The notes under the pieces are model-generated. The model was not told the DNA's origin, searched no databases, and was given only the letters and a program-made list of their open reading frames with translations. A stretch of DNA of 64,000 bases, taken from the NCBI GenBank assembly GCA_965223505.1, contig CBDCWP010000024.1:1-64000 (forward strand), written 5' to 3'. The number at the start of each line of letters is the position of its first letter. Position 1 is the stretch's first letter. Made by a program: the position numbers and the translations under genes. Below, piece after piece: positions 37,530 to 46,027 of the stretch. Source of the DNA: Planctomycetota bacterium (GTDB taxonomy: Bacteria; Planctomycetota; PLA2; JAEUHO01).

Positions 37530-38386
37530 GCGAAGAACCACGGCTCTTTACGACGGCCCAGCTCAGCCGCATTCTCGACGTCCCGGCGGCCATGGTTCGT
37601 TCGTGGACGCGTCAGGAGCTGATCGAGCCCGCCAAGCGCGTCGGTCGGCTGTGCTTCTACGACTTCCGACAGCTCACGAACGCGCGCGCGCTGCAACGAT
37701 TGCGTGACGCCGGGGTGCGCCCGCGCCGCATTCGCCAGGCGTTGGAGCACCTGCGCAAGTGGGCGCCGGACGCGGAAAACGCGCTCGCGCAGCTCGAGGC
37801 GCTGGAAGCGGGCGGCCCGCTCATGGTCCGCACGGACGCGGGGCGCCTCGCCGAGACATCCGGTCAAATGCGCATCGAGTTCGACGCCGAGGACGACCCC
37901 GTCCACGAGGCCCTGCCGTCCCTGCGCGCGTTGCGCGAGCCGGCGCCGTCGTGGTTCGAGCACGGCGTGATCGCCGAAGACGAGGGACGGTTGGACGAAG
38001 CGGCGAAGGCGTACGAACGGGCCATCGCACTCGAGGGTCCGGAGGCCGAGCTCTGTTTCAATCTCGGCAACGTGCTCTACGCACTCGACCGGAAGACCGA
38101 AGCCGCGGCGCGCTTCCGCGAGGCGGTCGCGCTCGAAGCCGACTACGCCGAGGCGTGGAACAACCTCGGCAACGCGTTGAGCGACGTCGGGGAGTACGAG
38201 CCGGCGCGGGCGGCGTTCGAACAGGCGATCGCGTTGGCGCCGGGCTACGCGGACCCTCATTACAACCTCGCCCAGACCCTCGCGGCGACGGACCGCGGCG
38301 ACGAGGCGCGCGCACACTGGCGCCGGTACCTGCAGCTCGATCCGAACAGCCCCTGGGCCGACGAGGCGCGGAAGCAGCTGCAATGA
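37526..38386 (+). CDS. MerR-type HTH + TPR protein
   Basis: N-terminal FTTAQLSRILDV…VRSW…LIEP…YDFRQL. C-terminal TPRs FNLGNV, WNNLGNA and HYNLA. ATGA overlaps with both neighbours. Confidence 0.82.
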   Translation: MSEEPRLFTTAQLSRILDVPAAMVRSWTRQELIEPAKRVGRLCFYDFRQLTNARALQRLRDAGVRPRRIRQALEHLRKWAPDAENALAQLEALEAGGPLMVRTDAGRLAETSGQMRIEFDAEDDPVHEALPSLRALREPAPSWFEHGVIAEDEGRLDEAAKAYERAIALEGPEAELCFNLGNVLYALDRKTEAAARFREAVALEADYAEAWNNLGNALSDVGEYEPARAAFEQAIALAPGYADPHYNLAQTLAATDRGDEARAHWRRYLQLDPNSPWADEARKQLQ

Positions 38387-39048
38387 AAGAGCTACGGTTC
38401 CTGGCGACCGAGAGCCGTGGTGACGTCTCCGCGCTCCTGAACCGGCCGCGCGGTGCGAAGGCGCTTTACGTCCTGGGGCACGGCGCCGGGGCGGGCATGC
38501 GCCACGCGTTCATGGAGGCGATCTCCGAGCGGCTGGCGAAACGCAGAGTCGCCACGTTTCGGTATCAGTTTCCGTACATGGAGAAGGGCAAGCGTGCGCC
38601 CGACTACCCGCCCGTGCTGATCAAGACGGTACGCTCCGCCGTCGCCGCTGCTCGCAAGGCCGTGCGCGGCCTGCCGTTGATCGCGGGCGGCAAGTCGATG
38701 GGCGGTCGCATCACGTCGATCGCCGAAGCCAAGGAGCCGCTCGGTGTCGCGGGACTCGCGTTCCTCGGGTTTCCGCTCCATCCGCCTGGCAAGCCCGGCA
38801 CGGAGCGGGCCGCGCATCTGCCGGACATCGAGGTGCCCACGCTGTTCGTACAAGGCACGCGCGACAAGCTCGCCGGGCTGGAACTGCTGCGGCCCGTGTT
38901 GACGAAGCTGCGGCAGGCGTCGATCCACGTCGTCGACGGCGGCGACCACTCGTTTCACGTGCTGAAGCGTTCGGGCCGCGACGACGAGGAGGTGCTCGAC
39001 GAGGTCGCCGACGCGGTCACGGCGTTCGTCGATCACATCGTCGGATAG
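38383..39048 (+). CDS. Alpha/beta hydrolase (KANL3/Tex30-like)
   Basis: HGAGA, FPYM, GGKSMGGR (nucleophile), GFPLHPPG, QGTRD and GDHSF. Confidence 0.88.
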   Translation: MKELRFLATESRGDVSALLNRPRGAKALYVLGHGAGAGMRHAFMEAISERLAKRRVATFRYQFPYMEKGKRAPDYPPVLIKTVRSAVAAARKAVRGLPLIAGGKSMGGRITSIAEAKEPLGVAGLAFLGFPLHPPGKPGTERAAHLPDIEVPTLFVQGTRDKLAGLELLRPVLTKLRQASIHVVDGGDHSFHVLKRSGRDDEEVLDEVADAVTAFVDHIVG

Positions 39049-39060
39049 CGCCGTTCCTGC

Positions 39061-41796
39061 TCAGCGAGAGGCCGCGTCGTCGAGAGCGCCTCGAACGACG
39101 TAGAGGCGATCCGGCGCCGTCCCCTTCACCTCGAGCATCAGGAAACGACCGTCTTCCGACACGTCGTAGTGTTGGTGCCCGCCGGGCTCCACGTCGTAGC
39201 GATTCGTGAAGAGGTATTCGGTCTGGTCCACCCGGGGCTGATCGTCGAACGGCACGAAGTACATCGCCCCGTCCTTCTGGCGGTAATGCAGTCCGTTCTC
39301 GCGTTTCGACCAGAGCGGCTCCCCGCCACCGCCCTTCGAGATCATGATCGGGCGGTCGAGCGCCGGGTACGGCCGAACGAACACCTCCTTCACACCGTCG
39401 AACTCGTCCACGAACGCCAGCCACTTGCCGTCGGGCGAGATCTGCGGAAAGCGCGCAGTCGTGCTGTTGGGGAGGATCCGCTTGCCGCCTTCGTCGCCGA
39501 CGCGCCAGGTCCACATCGAGAGCGCGGTCCCCCCATTCTCGACCGGTACGCGCTGCGTCAGAAAGAGCGTCTTGCCGTCCGGCGCCCAGCAGTCGGCGTA
39601 CAGCATGCCGCCGCCCGGAAACTCGACCAAGGCCGTGCCGGCAACGCCCGGTTTCGTGAAGGTCCGCAGCCGGCTGCCACCGAGCGGGGTGGAGCGCACC
39701 GTCAGCTCACCGGAAGGCGTCCACGCGCTCATGAGGCTCATGCCGTCCGTCGTCACGGGGTACGGCGTCTTGTCCTCGAAGTTGCAGAGCCAGACGTCCT
39801 TCTTGCCCGTCTCGTCGAGCAGGTCGAACGCGAACCGCTCGCCGTCGGGCGACAGCCGCGCATGGCGCCAGATGCCGCCGGCCGACGCGATGGGCTCGCC
39901 GACGCCTTTGCCGTTTCGATCGACCCAGTGCGCGACGCTCTCCTTGCGCGCTTCCGCAGCGGGCGCGTACACGAGTGTCCCGTCCCGGCTCATCGCCACG
40001 TGGGAGGTGACGCTCCCGCCGGGGCTCGGGGTCTCGTAGATGCCGTCGCGAACGTGCCGGGTTTCGCCGCCTTGCTCGATCGAGCTCGACGTGAGGCGAA
40101 GCACGTGAACGCGTCCGGCACGCAGGAACGCGACGACGCCCGCACGTACATATCGAGCGTTGGTGCCGTCGAGCTCGACCACCCGCCGCTCGAGCCCGTC
40201 CAACATCAGCAGCTCGACGTGCGCATGGGTGCCCGTCGAGACCGTGAAGATGACGTGGCTGCCGTCGGGGGAGACGGAAGGCGCGAACAGGGCGACCTGC
40301 CCGCCCTCGGACTGCGGGCCGGCCAGGAACTCGGGCGTGGCGCCCGGTCGGTGCGCCACGCGCCACAGGCCGTCGTTGTCCGCGTAGACGATGGTCTTAC
40401 CGTCCGGTACGAAGCAAGCGGAAAAGGTCTCCGAGTCCACGCGGCAGATCTCCCGCGGTGCGCCGCCGTCCACGGCGACGGTCTGGATGTGGCTGTCGGC
40501 GAAGAACCCGACCGTCGATCCGTCCGGTGAGAAGAACGGACCACGGGCATCCTCCGTCTCGGGCAGGCTCTTCGACGCGAGCTGCAAGACGTCGTGGATG
40601 TGCAGATTGCTGCGGTCACCGTGATCGACGCAGTACGCGACGAGTCGCCCGTCGGGCGAGACGTCGAGGAACGGAGAACCGCGGCCGAGGCGACTCAGGT
40701 CGACCGACGTGCCCTTCCAACCCAGCTTCGAGCCGGGCGGCAAGGCGAGCGCCCACTCCTTCAAGGCGGCGCGCTCGCGTTGTTCGGCGGTCGGCGCCAT
40801 GAGCGAATGGAGGAAGGCGCCGGCCAGGAGCGCCGCGACGACCGCCAGCGCGAAGAAGTACACCAAACGGACCTTGCGCGCGGCCGGCGCGGGACTCGCT
40901 TGCGGTAGCGGTGGGAACGCGGCCATGGAGGACGCGAGCCCGTACGAACCGAACAGGGTCCCGGCGGTTCCTTCGAGCAACAGCTTGATGTCGCCGAAGC
41001 CGCTGAGGCGCTGGTTCTTGTCTTTGGCCAGGCAGCGGCCGAGCAGCACGCGCACGACCGGCGGTGTGCTGGGCGGAAGCACGGTGAAGTCGGGATTCGA
41101 CTCGAGCATGGAGCGCAGCCGCTCCCCCGGCGACGCGCCGCCGAACGCGAGCTTGCCGGTGAGGCACTCGTACACGATGCAGCCGAACGACCAGACGTCG
41201 GCGCGGCGACCGGCGGGCTCGCCGCGCGCTTGTTCCGGGCTCAAGTAGCCGGGCGTTCCCAGGATCTGGTAGCCGGTGGTGAGCGCCTCGCCCCCGTCGG
41301 TCGCAGCCGCCGTCGGCTCGTTGCGCCGAGCGAGGCCGAAGTCGAGCACTTTCGTCGTGCCGTCCGAACGCACGATGACGTTCGCCGGCTTGAGGTCCCG
41401 GTGAACGATGCCGGCCTCATGCGCCGCCTCCAGTCCCTCGGCGATCTGCCTCGCGATCGCGATCGCTTCGTCGACGGGCAGCGCGCCGCGCGCGAGCCGC
41501 TGTTGCAGGCTCTCCCCTTCGACCAGCTCCAGCGTCAGGAAGTGGATGCCGTCCACCTCGTCCACGCCGTGAATCATGGCGATGTTCGGGTGATTCAGCT
41601 TCGCGAGGAGCTTGGCCTCGCGCTCGAAACGGGCGAGCGCTTCGGGATGCTCGACGAGCGCGTCGGGCAGGACCTTGAGGGCGACCTCCCGATCGAGCCG
41701 GGTGTCGCGCGCGCGATAGACCTCCCCCATCCCGCCGGCGCCGATCGGACCGATCACCTCGTAGAAGGACAGGCGCTGGCCTTCGCTCAGGGACAC
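39061..41796 (-). CDS. Ser/Thr protein kinase with TM and C-terminal TolB-like (PD40) beta-propeller
   Basis: GAGGMGEVY, VALK, HRDLKPAN, DFG and GTPGYLSPE, then a TM and repeated SPDG motifs. GTG start assumed. Confidence 0.9.
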   Translation of the reverse strand: MSLSEGQRLSFYEVIGPIGAGGMGEVYRARDTRLDREVALKVLPDALVEHPEALARFEREAKLLAKLNHPNIAMIHGVDEVDGIHFLTLELVEGESLQQRLARGALPVDEAIAIARQIAEGLEAAHEAGIVHRDLKPANVIVRSDGTTKVLDFGLARRNEPTAAATDGGEALTTGYQILGTPGYLSPEQARGEPAGRRADVWSFGCIVYECLTGKLAFGGASPGERLRSMLESNPDFTVLPPSTPPVVRVLLGRCLAKDKNQRLSGFGDIKLLLEGTAGTLFGSYGLASSMAAFPPLPQASPAPAARKVRLVYFFALAVVAALLAGAFLHSLMAPTAEQRERAALKEWALALPPGSKLGWKGTSVDLSRLGRGSPFLDVSPDGRLVAYCVDHGDRSNLHIHDVLQLASKSLPETEDARGPFFSPDGSTVGFFADSHIQTVAVDGGAPREICRVDSETFSACFVPDGKTIVYADNDGLWRVAHRPGATPEFLAGPQSEGGQVALFAPSVSPDGSHVIFTVSTGTHAHVELLMLDGLERRVVELDGTNARYVRAGVVAFLRAGRVHVLRLTSSSIEQGGETRHVRDGIYETPSPGGSVTSHVAMSRDGTLVYAPAAEARKESVAHWVDRNGKGVGEPIASAGGIWRHARLSPDGERFAFDLLDETGKKDVWLCNFEDKTPYPVTTDGMSLMSAWTPSGELTVRSTPLGGSRLRTFTKPGVAGTALVEFPGGGMLYADCWAPDGKTLFLTQRVPVENGGTALSMWTWRVGDEGGKRILPNSTTARFPQISPDGKWLAFVDEFDGVKEVFVRPYPALDRPIMISKGGGGEPLWSKRENGLHYRQKDGAMYFVPFDDQPRVDQTEYLFTNRYDVEPGGHQHYDVSEDGRFLMLEVKGTAPDRLYVVRGALDDAASR

Positions 41797-41854
41797 GCAC
41801 AAACGATAGCGGAACCGCGGCGCCGAGGGGAGTCGCCGACCCGTTCGGCCGTGG

Positions 41855-43084
41855 CTAGCGTTCCGTCGATGTCTCGGTTCGCCCGTAGCCCGGCGGGCGC
41901 GCCAGCAACACGATGCGCCCGCTGTAGCCCGACGCCAGCAGCTCTCGCGTCCCGTTGCGACCGTCCAACTCGGCGGCGGCGAGCCAGTGGCCCTTGTCGA
42001 GATCCTCGAAGAGCGTCTCTGCGATCCAGCCGTTGGGGCCGCGCGCCAACAGCTCGACCGTCTTGCTGTAGCCGAACACCGCAACCGTTTCCTCCGCCGC
42101 GCTCTTGCCGAACGTCCCGGCCGCGATGCCGCGCGGGCCCTGGGGTCCGAGATAGATCGTCTCCGTGCGCCAAGCGCCGTCGCTCGCCTCCTCGTGCCGA
42201 AGGATGCGGCCGTCGTCGTGTGTCGTGTAGAGCACGACCGGCTCGCCAGGCGCGTGCGGCTTCATCGCGATGCGGCCCTTGCCCATCGGCGCGCGGTAGA
42301 TCGTTTTCCACACGGGACCGTCCGGCGTGATCGTCAGAAGCTCCAGCTTGCCGGTCCGCGAAACGGTCGCGATCGGACGCGTGCCGTCGTGTCTCGAGGG
42401 CAGCGCAAGCGCGTCGCGTACGCGACCGCTCAGGTTCATCAGCTTCGTGATCGCGAAGCCGCCGTGTTCCGCAGTCGGCGTCAGCCGGTAGAGGCCGCCC
42501 GGACGCGTGAACACGAGGACCTCGTTTCCAGGCGTTCGCGGGTCGAGGTCGCCGGCGACGAGCGTGTGGATCTCGCGCCCCTCGATGCGCGCGATCAATC
42601 GTCCGTCCAGAAGCGTGTGCCCGTAGGCACGCACCTGGTAGATGTTGCCCTTTTGGCTTCCGGTGTAGATCTCGCTGCCCTCGACACGCGGATCGACGTC
42701 GCCGTGGGTCAAGCCGCCGAGCCATTTGCCGTCGTTGAGCAACGTGATCGGCGTCCAGCGTCCGCTGTACGACATGAGCACGTGGCAGCGTCCCTTGTCG
42801 TCGAGTCCAACGACCTCCGGACACCCCAGGTGGTCGAAGACCTGATAGGACTTCACCGTCCAGATGCCGACGCCGTCGTTGTCGATCACGAGCGACGCGT
42901 GCCAGCCCCCGGAGGCCGGCAGCGGCGCCTCGCCTTCGCGCGGATCCCGGTTCGGGGGGGCCGTCTCGGCCGCCGCGGGCTGCGCCACCGGCGTCGCCTC
43001 GTCCTTCTCGGGCTCTTCCGCCCGCAGCGGCGCCGCCGTCAGCATCAGGGTTGCGAGCAAGGCAAGTGTGCGAGCCACGTTCAC
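41855..43084 (-). CDS. Secreted beta-propeller (FG-GAP/VCBS-like) protein
   Basis: Signal peptide and repeats HGDVDP…EI, AGDLDP…EV and AELDGRNG…EL. GAGGAG RBS; coupled to the TonB-dependent receptor gene. Confidence 0.65.
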   Translation of the reverse strand: MNVARTLALLATLMLTAAPLRAEEPEKDEATPVAQPAAAETAPPNRDPREGEAPLPASGGWHASLVIDNDGVGIWTVKSYQVFDHLGCPEVVGLDDKGRCHVLMSYSGRWTPITLLNDGKWLGGLTHGDVDPRVEGSEIYTGSQKGNIYQVRAYGHTLLDGRLIARIEGREIHTLVAGDLDPRTPGNEVLVFTRPGGLYRLTPTAEHGGFAITKLMNLSGRVRDALALPSRHDGTRPIATVSRTGKLELLTITPDGPVWKTIYRAPMGKGRIAMKPHAPGEPVVLYTTHDDGRILRHEEASDGAWRTETIYLGPQGPRGIAAGTFGKSAAEETVAVFGYSKTVELLARGPNGWIAETLFEDLDKGHWLAAAELDGRNGTRELLASGYSGRIVLLARPPGYGRTETSTER

Positions 43085-43087
43085 TCC

Positions 43088-45193
43088 TCAAAGATCCACG
43101 TTCAGATCGATCGAGACGTACCCCTGCCGCGGCGGCCCCGCGACGATCCCTCCGCCGAAGAATCCGCCGCGCGAATGCACGAGCCAGTCGTTGTCGAAGA
43201 GGTTCGTCACACCGACGGCGAGCTCGAGCGACGCACGGCGGCTGAACCGCCGCTGCTTGGCCAGCCGCGCGTCCCACAGCGTCACGGCTGGATTGATGCC
43301 CAGGTTGCCTTCGGCATTCTCGATTCGCGTGTTGGCGTCGTCGGAGAAGGACTCGCCGACGTACGTCCCGCCCAGCGACGCATGCCAGCCGCAGCGTTCG
43401 TAGCGCACGCGCCACGCGGCCTTCCGTTCCCAGGCATAGGGCGTCTCGTTGCCCCGGTTCGGACCGCTACGAATCTCCGAGTGCTGAAACGTCAGCGAGG
43501 CGTCACAGGACAGTCCGCGTAGCGCCGGGACGCATTCGCCGACGTCCCACGAAGCCTGGAAGTCCACGCCGCGCGCCTCGATGCGTCCCAGGTTCTCGTA
43601 GAAGCCCGTGTAGAAGACGCCGAAGTCGTCGTACTCCGTTCGCCACGCCGTCACGGAGCCGTTCAGACCGCGCCAGTCCTTCAGCCGGAGGCCGGCCTCC
43701 ATCGAGCGGCCGAGCTCGAAGTCGAGCGCGTCGCTTCCCGTCGTGAACGCGTAGCCCCAGACCTGGGGCGCCCGGAAGCCTTCGAAGTAGTTCGCGAAGA
43801 CGGCGGTGTAGGGCGACAGCTCGTAGGAGACGCCGACGCCGGGCAACACGCGGAAGAAGTCGTCGTCGAACGACCAGCCCCCGATGGGGTCCCGGCCTTC
43901 GGTGTTCGGAATCCACTCCATGCGCAGTCCGGCCTGCACCGTCAACCGCGGCAGAGGATGGAACGTGTCATCGATGTGCGCCGAGATCGTGTCGGTCTCG
44001 TAGCGCGCATCTTGGGTGAGCGTTCCGGCGCCGCCGGGGAAGGGCTCGCTACGCAGCTTCCAGCTCGGAATCCACTCCCGCTGGTAGCGCAGCCCGCCGT
44101 ACAGCTCGTGGCGGCATCCCGCGATTCGCAACGTCTTCTGGAAGCGCGCGCCAAGACCGACGAACCAGCTCGCATCCGTCCAGTCCGTGATCGTCGTGGC
44201 CATACCGAAGTGGGGCCGCTGCGCGCGCAAGTTGCGCCACGTTCGCGACGCGTATCCGAACGCCTCGAAAAAGTCGCCGCAGCCCTGATCCAGGTGCACG
44301 ACGACGTCGGCGACCTGGCGGTCCCCGTCGAATCGGTTGAACGGCCGCGCGTTGCCGAACCGGTCGGCGGCGAACTGGGCCTGCGTGAGTCCACCAGGCG
44401 CCTTGTGATCGCTGTCCATCGCGGACAGCGACGCCGCGATCCAGCTCTTCCGGCTCAGGGCGTAGCGCAACTTGAGGTTCACGTCCTGCTGGTCGAAAGC
44501 GCCGTCGTCGCGATAGCCGTCTCCGCGACGATCGACGAACGTCGCCAGGTACCCCCAGCGACCGTGGGTACCGCCGACGCTGCCCAGGAGACTGCGGTAG
44601 CCGAACGTGCCGGCGGTTGCGCGCGCATGGAACGTCGGGCACGCCGGAATCGGCTCGGTGATGAAGTTCAGGATGCCGCCGACGGTGTTCGGCGAATAGC
44701 GCACGCTGTGCGCGCCGCGCACGTAGTCGAGCGCGTACACGCGATCGGTCGTGATCGGCAGAAACGAGAACGCGGTCCAGCCGTAGGGCAAGGGACTGGC
44801 CGGCACACCGTCGATGAGCACGTGGACGTACTCGGTCAAGCCGTCGTCCGGCAGACCGCGCATCGAGAAGCTGGGCGCCGCGGCCTCGCCGCCGTTGTAG
44901 GGACGCGACGACAACGCGGGCAGATGGTGAACGAGATCGTTGAGGTCGCGGGCGCCGGTCTCGCGCACTCGCTTCGGGCCGAACACGTCGCGCGATCCGA
45001 TTGCATCGAGCGGCACCTCTGGCACTGCGCGCTCGCTGTCGGCCGGACGCGCACGCGACATGGAGAGCCTCGAGCCCGTGACGACGACGCCGGGCAGATC
45101 CGGCATGTCGACGGCGTCGGGCTCCTCCTCGTCGGCGCGCGCGGCGTCGCAGACCAAGACCAAAAGCGCGAAGAGAACGATCCACGGCTTCAT
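43088..45193 (-). CDS. TonB-dependent receptor (FecA-like)
   Basis: TonB box VVVTG and plug motifs SMRGL…LIDGVP, VRGAHSVRYSPNTVGGILNF. C-terminal GVTNLFD…GPPRQGY. Confidence 0.9.
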   Translation of the reverse strand: MKPWIVLFALLVLVCDAARADEEEPDAVDMPDLPGVVVTGSRLSMSRARPADSERAVPEVPLDAIGSRDVFGPKRVRETGARDLNDLVHHLPALSSRPYNGGEAAAPSFSMRGLPDDGLTEYVHVLIDGVPASPLPYGWTAFSFLPITTDRVYALDYVRGAHSVRYSPNTVGGILNFITEPIPACPTFHARATAGTFGYRSLLGSVGGTHGRWGYLATFVDRRGDGYRDDGAFDQQDVNLKLRYALSRKSWIAASLSAMDSDHKAPGGLTQAQFAADRFGNARPFNRFDGDRQVADVVVHLDQGCGDFFEAFGYASRTWRNLRAQRPHFGMATTITDWTDASWFVGLGARFQKTLRIAGCRHELYGGLRYQREWIPSWKLRSEPFPGGAGTLTQDARYETDTISAHIDDTFHPLPRLTVQAGLRMEWIPNTEGRDPIGGWSFDDDFFRVLPGVGVSYELSPYTAVFANYFEGFRAPQVWGYAFTTGSDALDFELGRSMEAGLRLKDWRGLNGSVTAWRTEYDDFGVFYTGFYENLGRIEARGVDFQASWDVGECVPALRGLSCDASLTFQHSEIRSGPNRGNETPYAWERKAAWRVRYERCGWHASLGGTYVGESFSDDANTRIENAEGNLGINPAVTLWDARLAKQRRFSRRASLELAVGVTNLFDNDWLVHSRGGFFGGGIVAGPPRQGYVSIDLNVDL

Positions 45194-45909
45194 AACGCCC
45201 TCCTGTCGAGTCGGAAATGGACCGGAAGCCGCGTGCGCCGGACGGCGCCCGCCGGTCCGAAGCGATACGCGCGCGCCAGCGCGAGCGCCGCGCGATCGAG
45301 CCGGCTGTCGCCGCTGCTTCGGTCCACCAGTGCGTGGGTGACGCGGCCCTGCTCGTCGATCGTGATGCGCACCCAGACCGATCCCGACCGTCCCTCGCGA
45401 AGCGCCGGCAGCGGGTAGTAGCGGCGAGGATCGGGCGCGAACAAGACGCGCAACGGCTGCGGCGCAGAGCGGGCGTGCGGGCGCGTCACGGGCCACGCGG
45501 GCTGCGGCTGCACCGGGGGCGGTCTCGCCGTCGCCGGAGCGGGAGGCGGCGCCGCCGAGCGCCGGCGACGAAACAGCGAAACCGGAATCTCGATGCCTTC
45601 GAGCGGCGCCGCGACGGGCTTGGCGATCGGCGCGAGCTCGATCACGGCCGCCGGCGGATCCACTTCGACGACGTCGTCGAGGAACGGCGCGGTGTCGTCG
45701 ACCGTCGGAAGCGCCTCGGGGAGCGTCTCCGCGGTCGACGGGAAGACGTCGGACGACGGCGCCACTCGAACCGCAGTGAACGCTCGACGTTCCGGTCGCG
45801 GTGACGTCGTCGTAGCCAGGATGATCGCCAGCAACGCACCGCCATGCAGCGCCACCGAGGCGATCCAGGCCCAGCGCACGCGTGTGTCACCCTGCCGATG
45901 CATCGCCAT
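45190..45909 (-). CDS. tonB: TonB energy transducer
   Basis: TM with S…LH, Pro-rich linker, and C-terminal YP..A..EG.SG.V…G.V…SSG…LD.AA. Confidence 0.85.
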   Translation of the reverse strand: MAMHRQGDTRVRWAWIASVALHGGALLAIILATTTSPRPERRAFTAVRVAPSSDVFPSTAETLPEALPTVDDTAPFLDDVVEVDPPAAVIELAPIAKPVAAPLEGIEIPVSLFRRRRSAAPPPAPATARPPPVQPQPAWPVTRPHARSAPQPLRVLFAPDPRRYYPLPALREGRSGSVWVRITIDEQGRVTHALVDRSSGDSRLDRAALALARAYRFGPAGAVRRTRLPVHFRLDRRAL

Positions 45910-46027
45910 GACACGCGCAATTGGTGTTCCTCGAACGGGGTCTGAGGAACAGGACGCAACGGCGCCATCAAACGCTTCGAAACCTGCGCACGCTGCCGCA
46001 GAACGCCGTTTTCGGGGTTACACCGCG

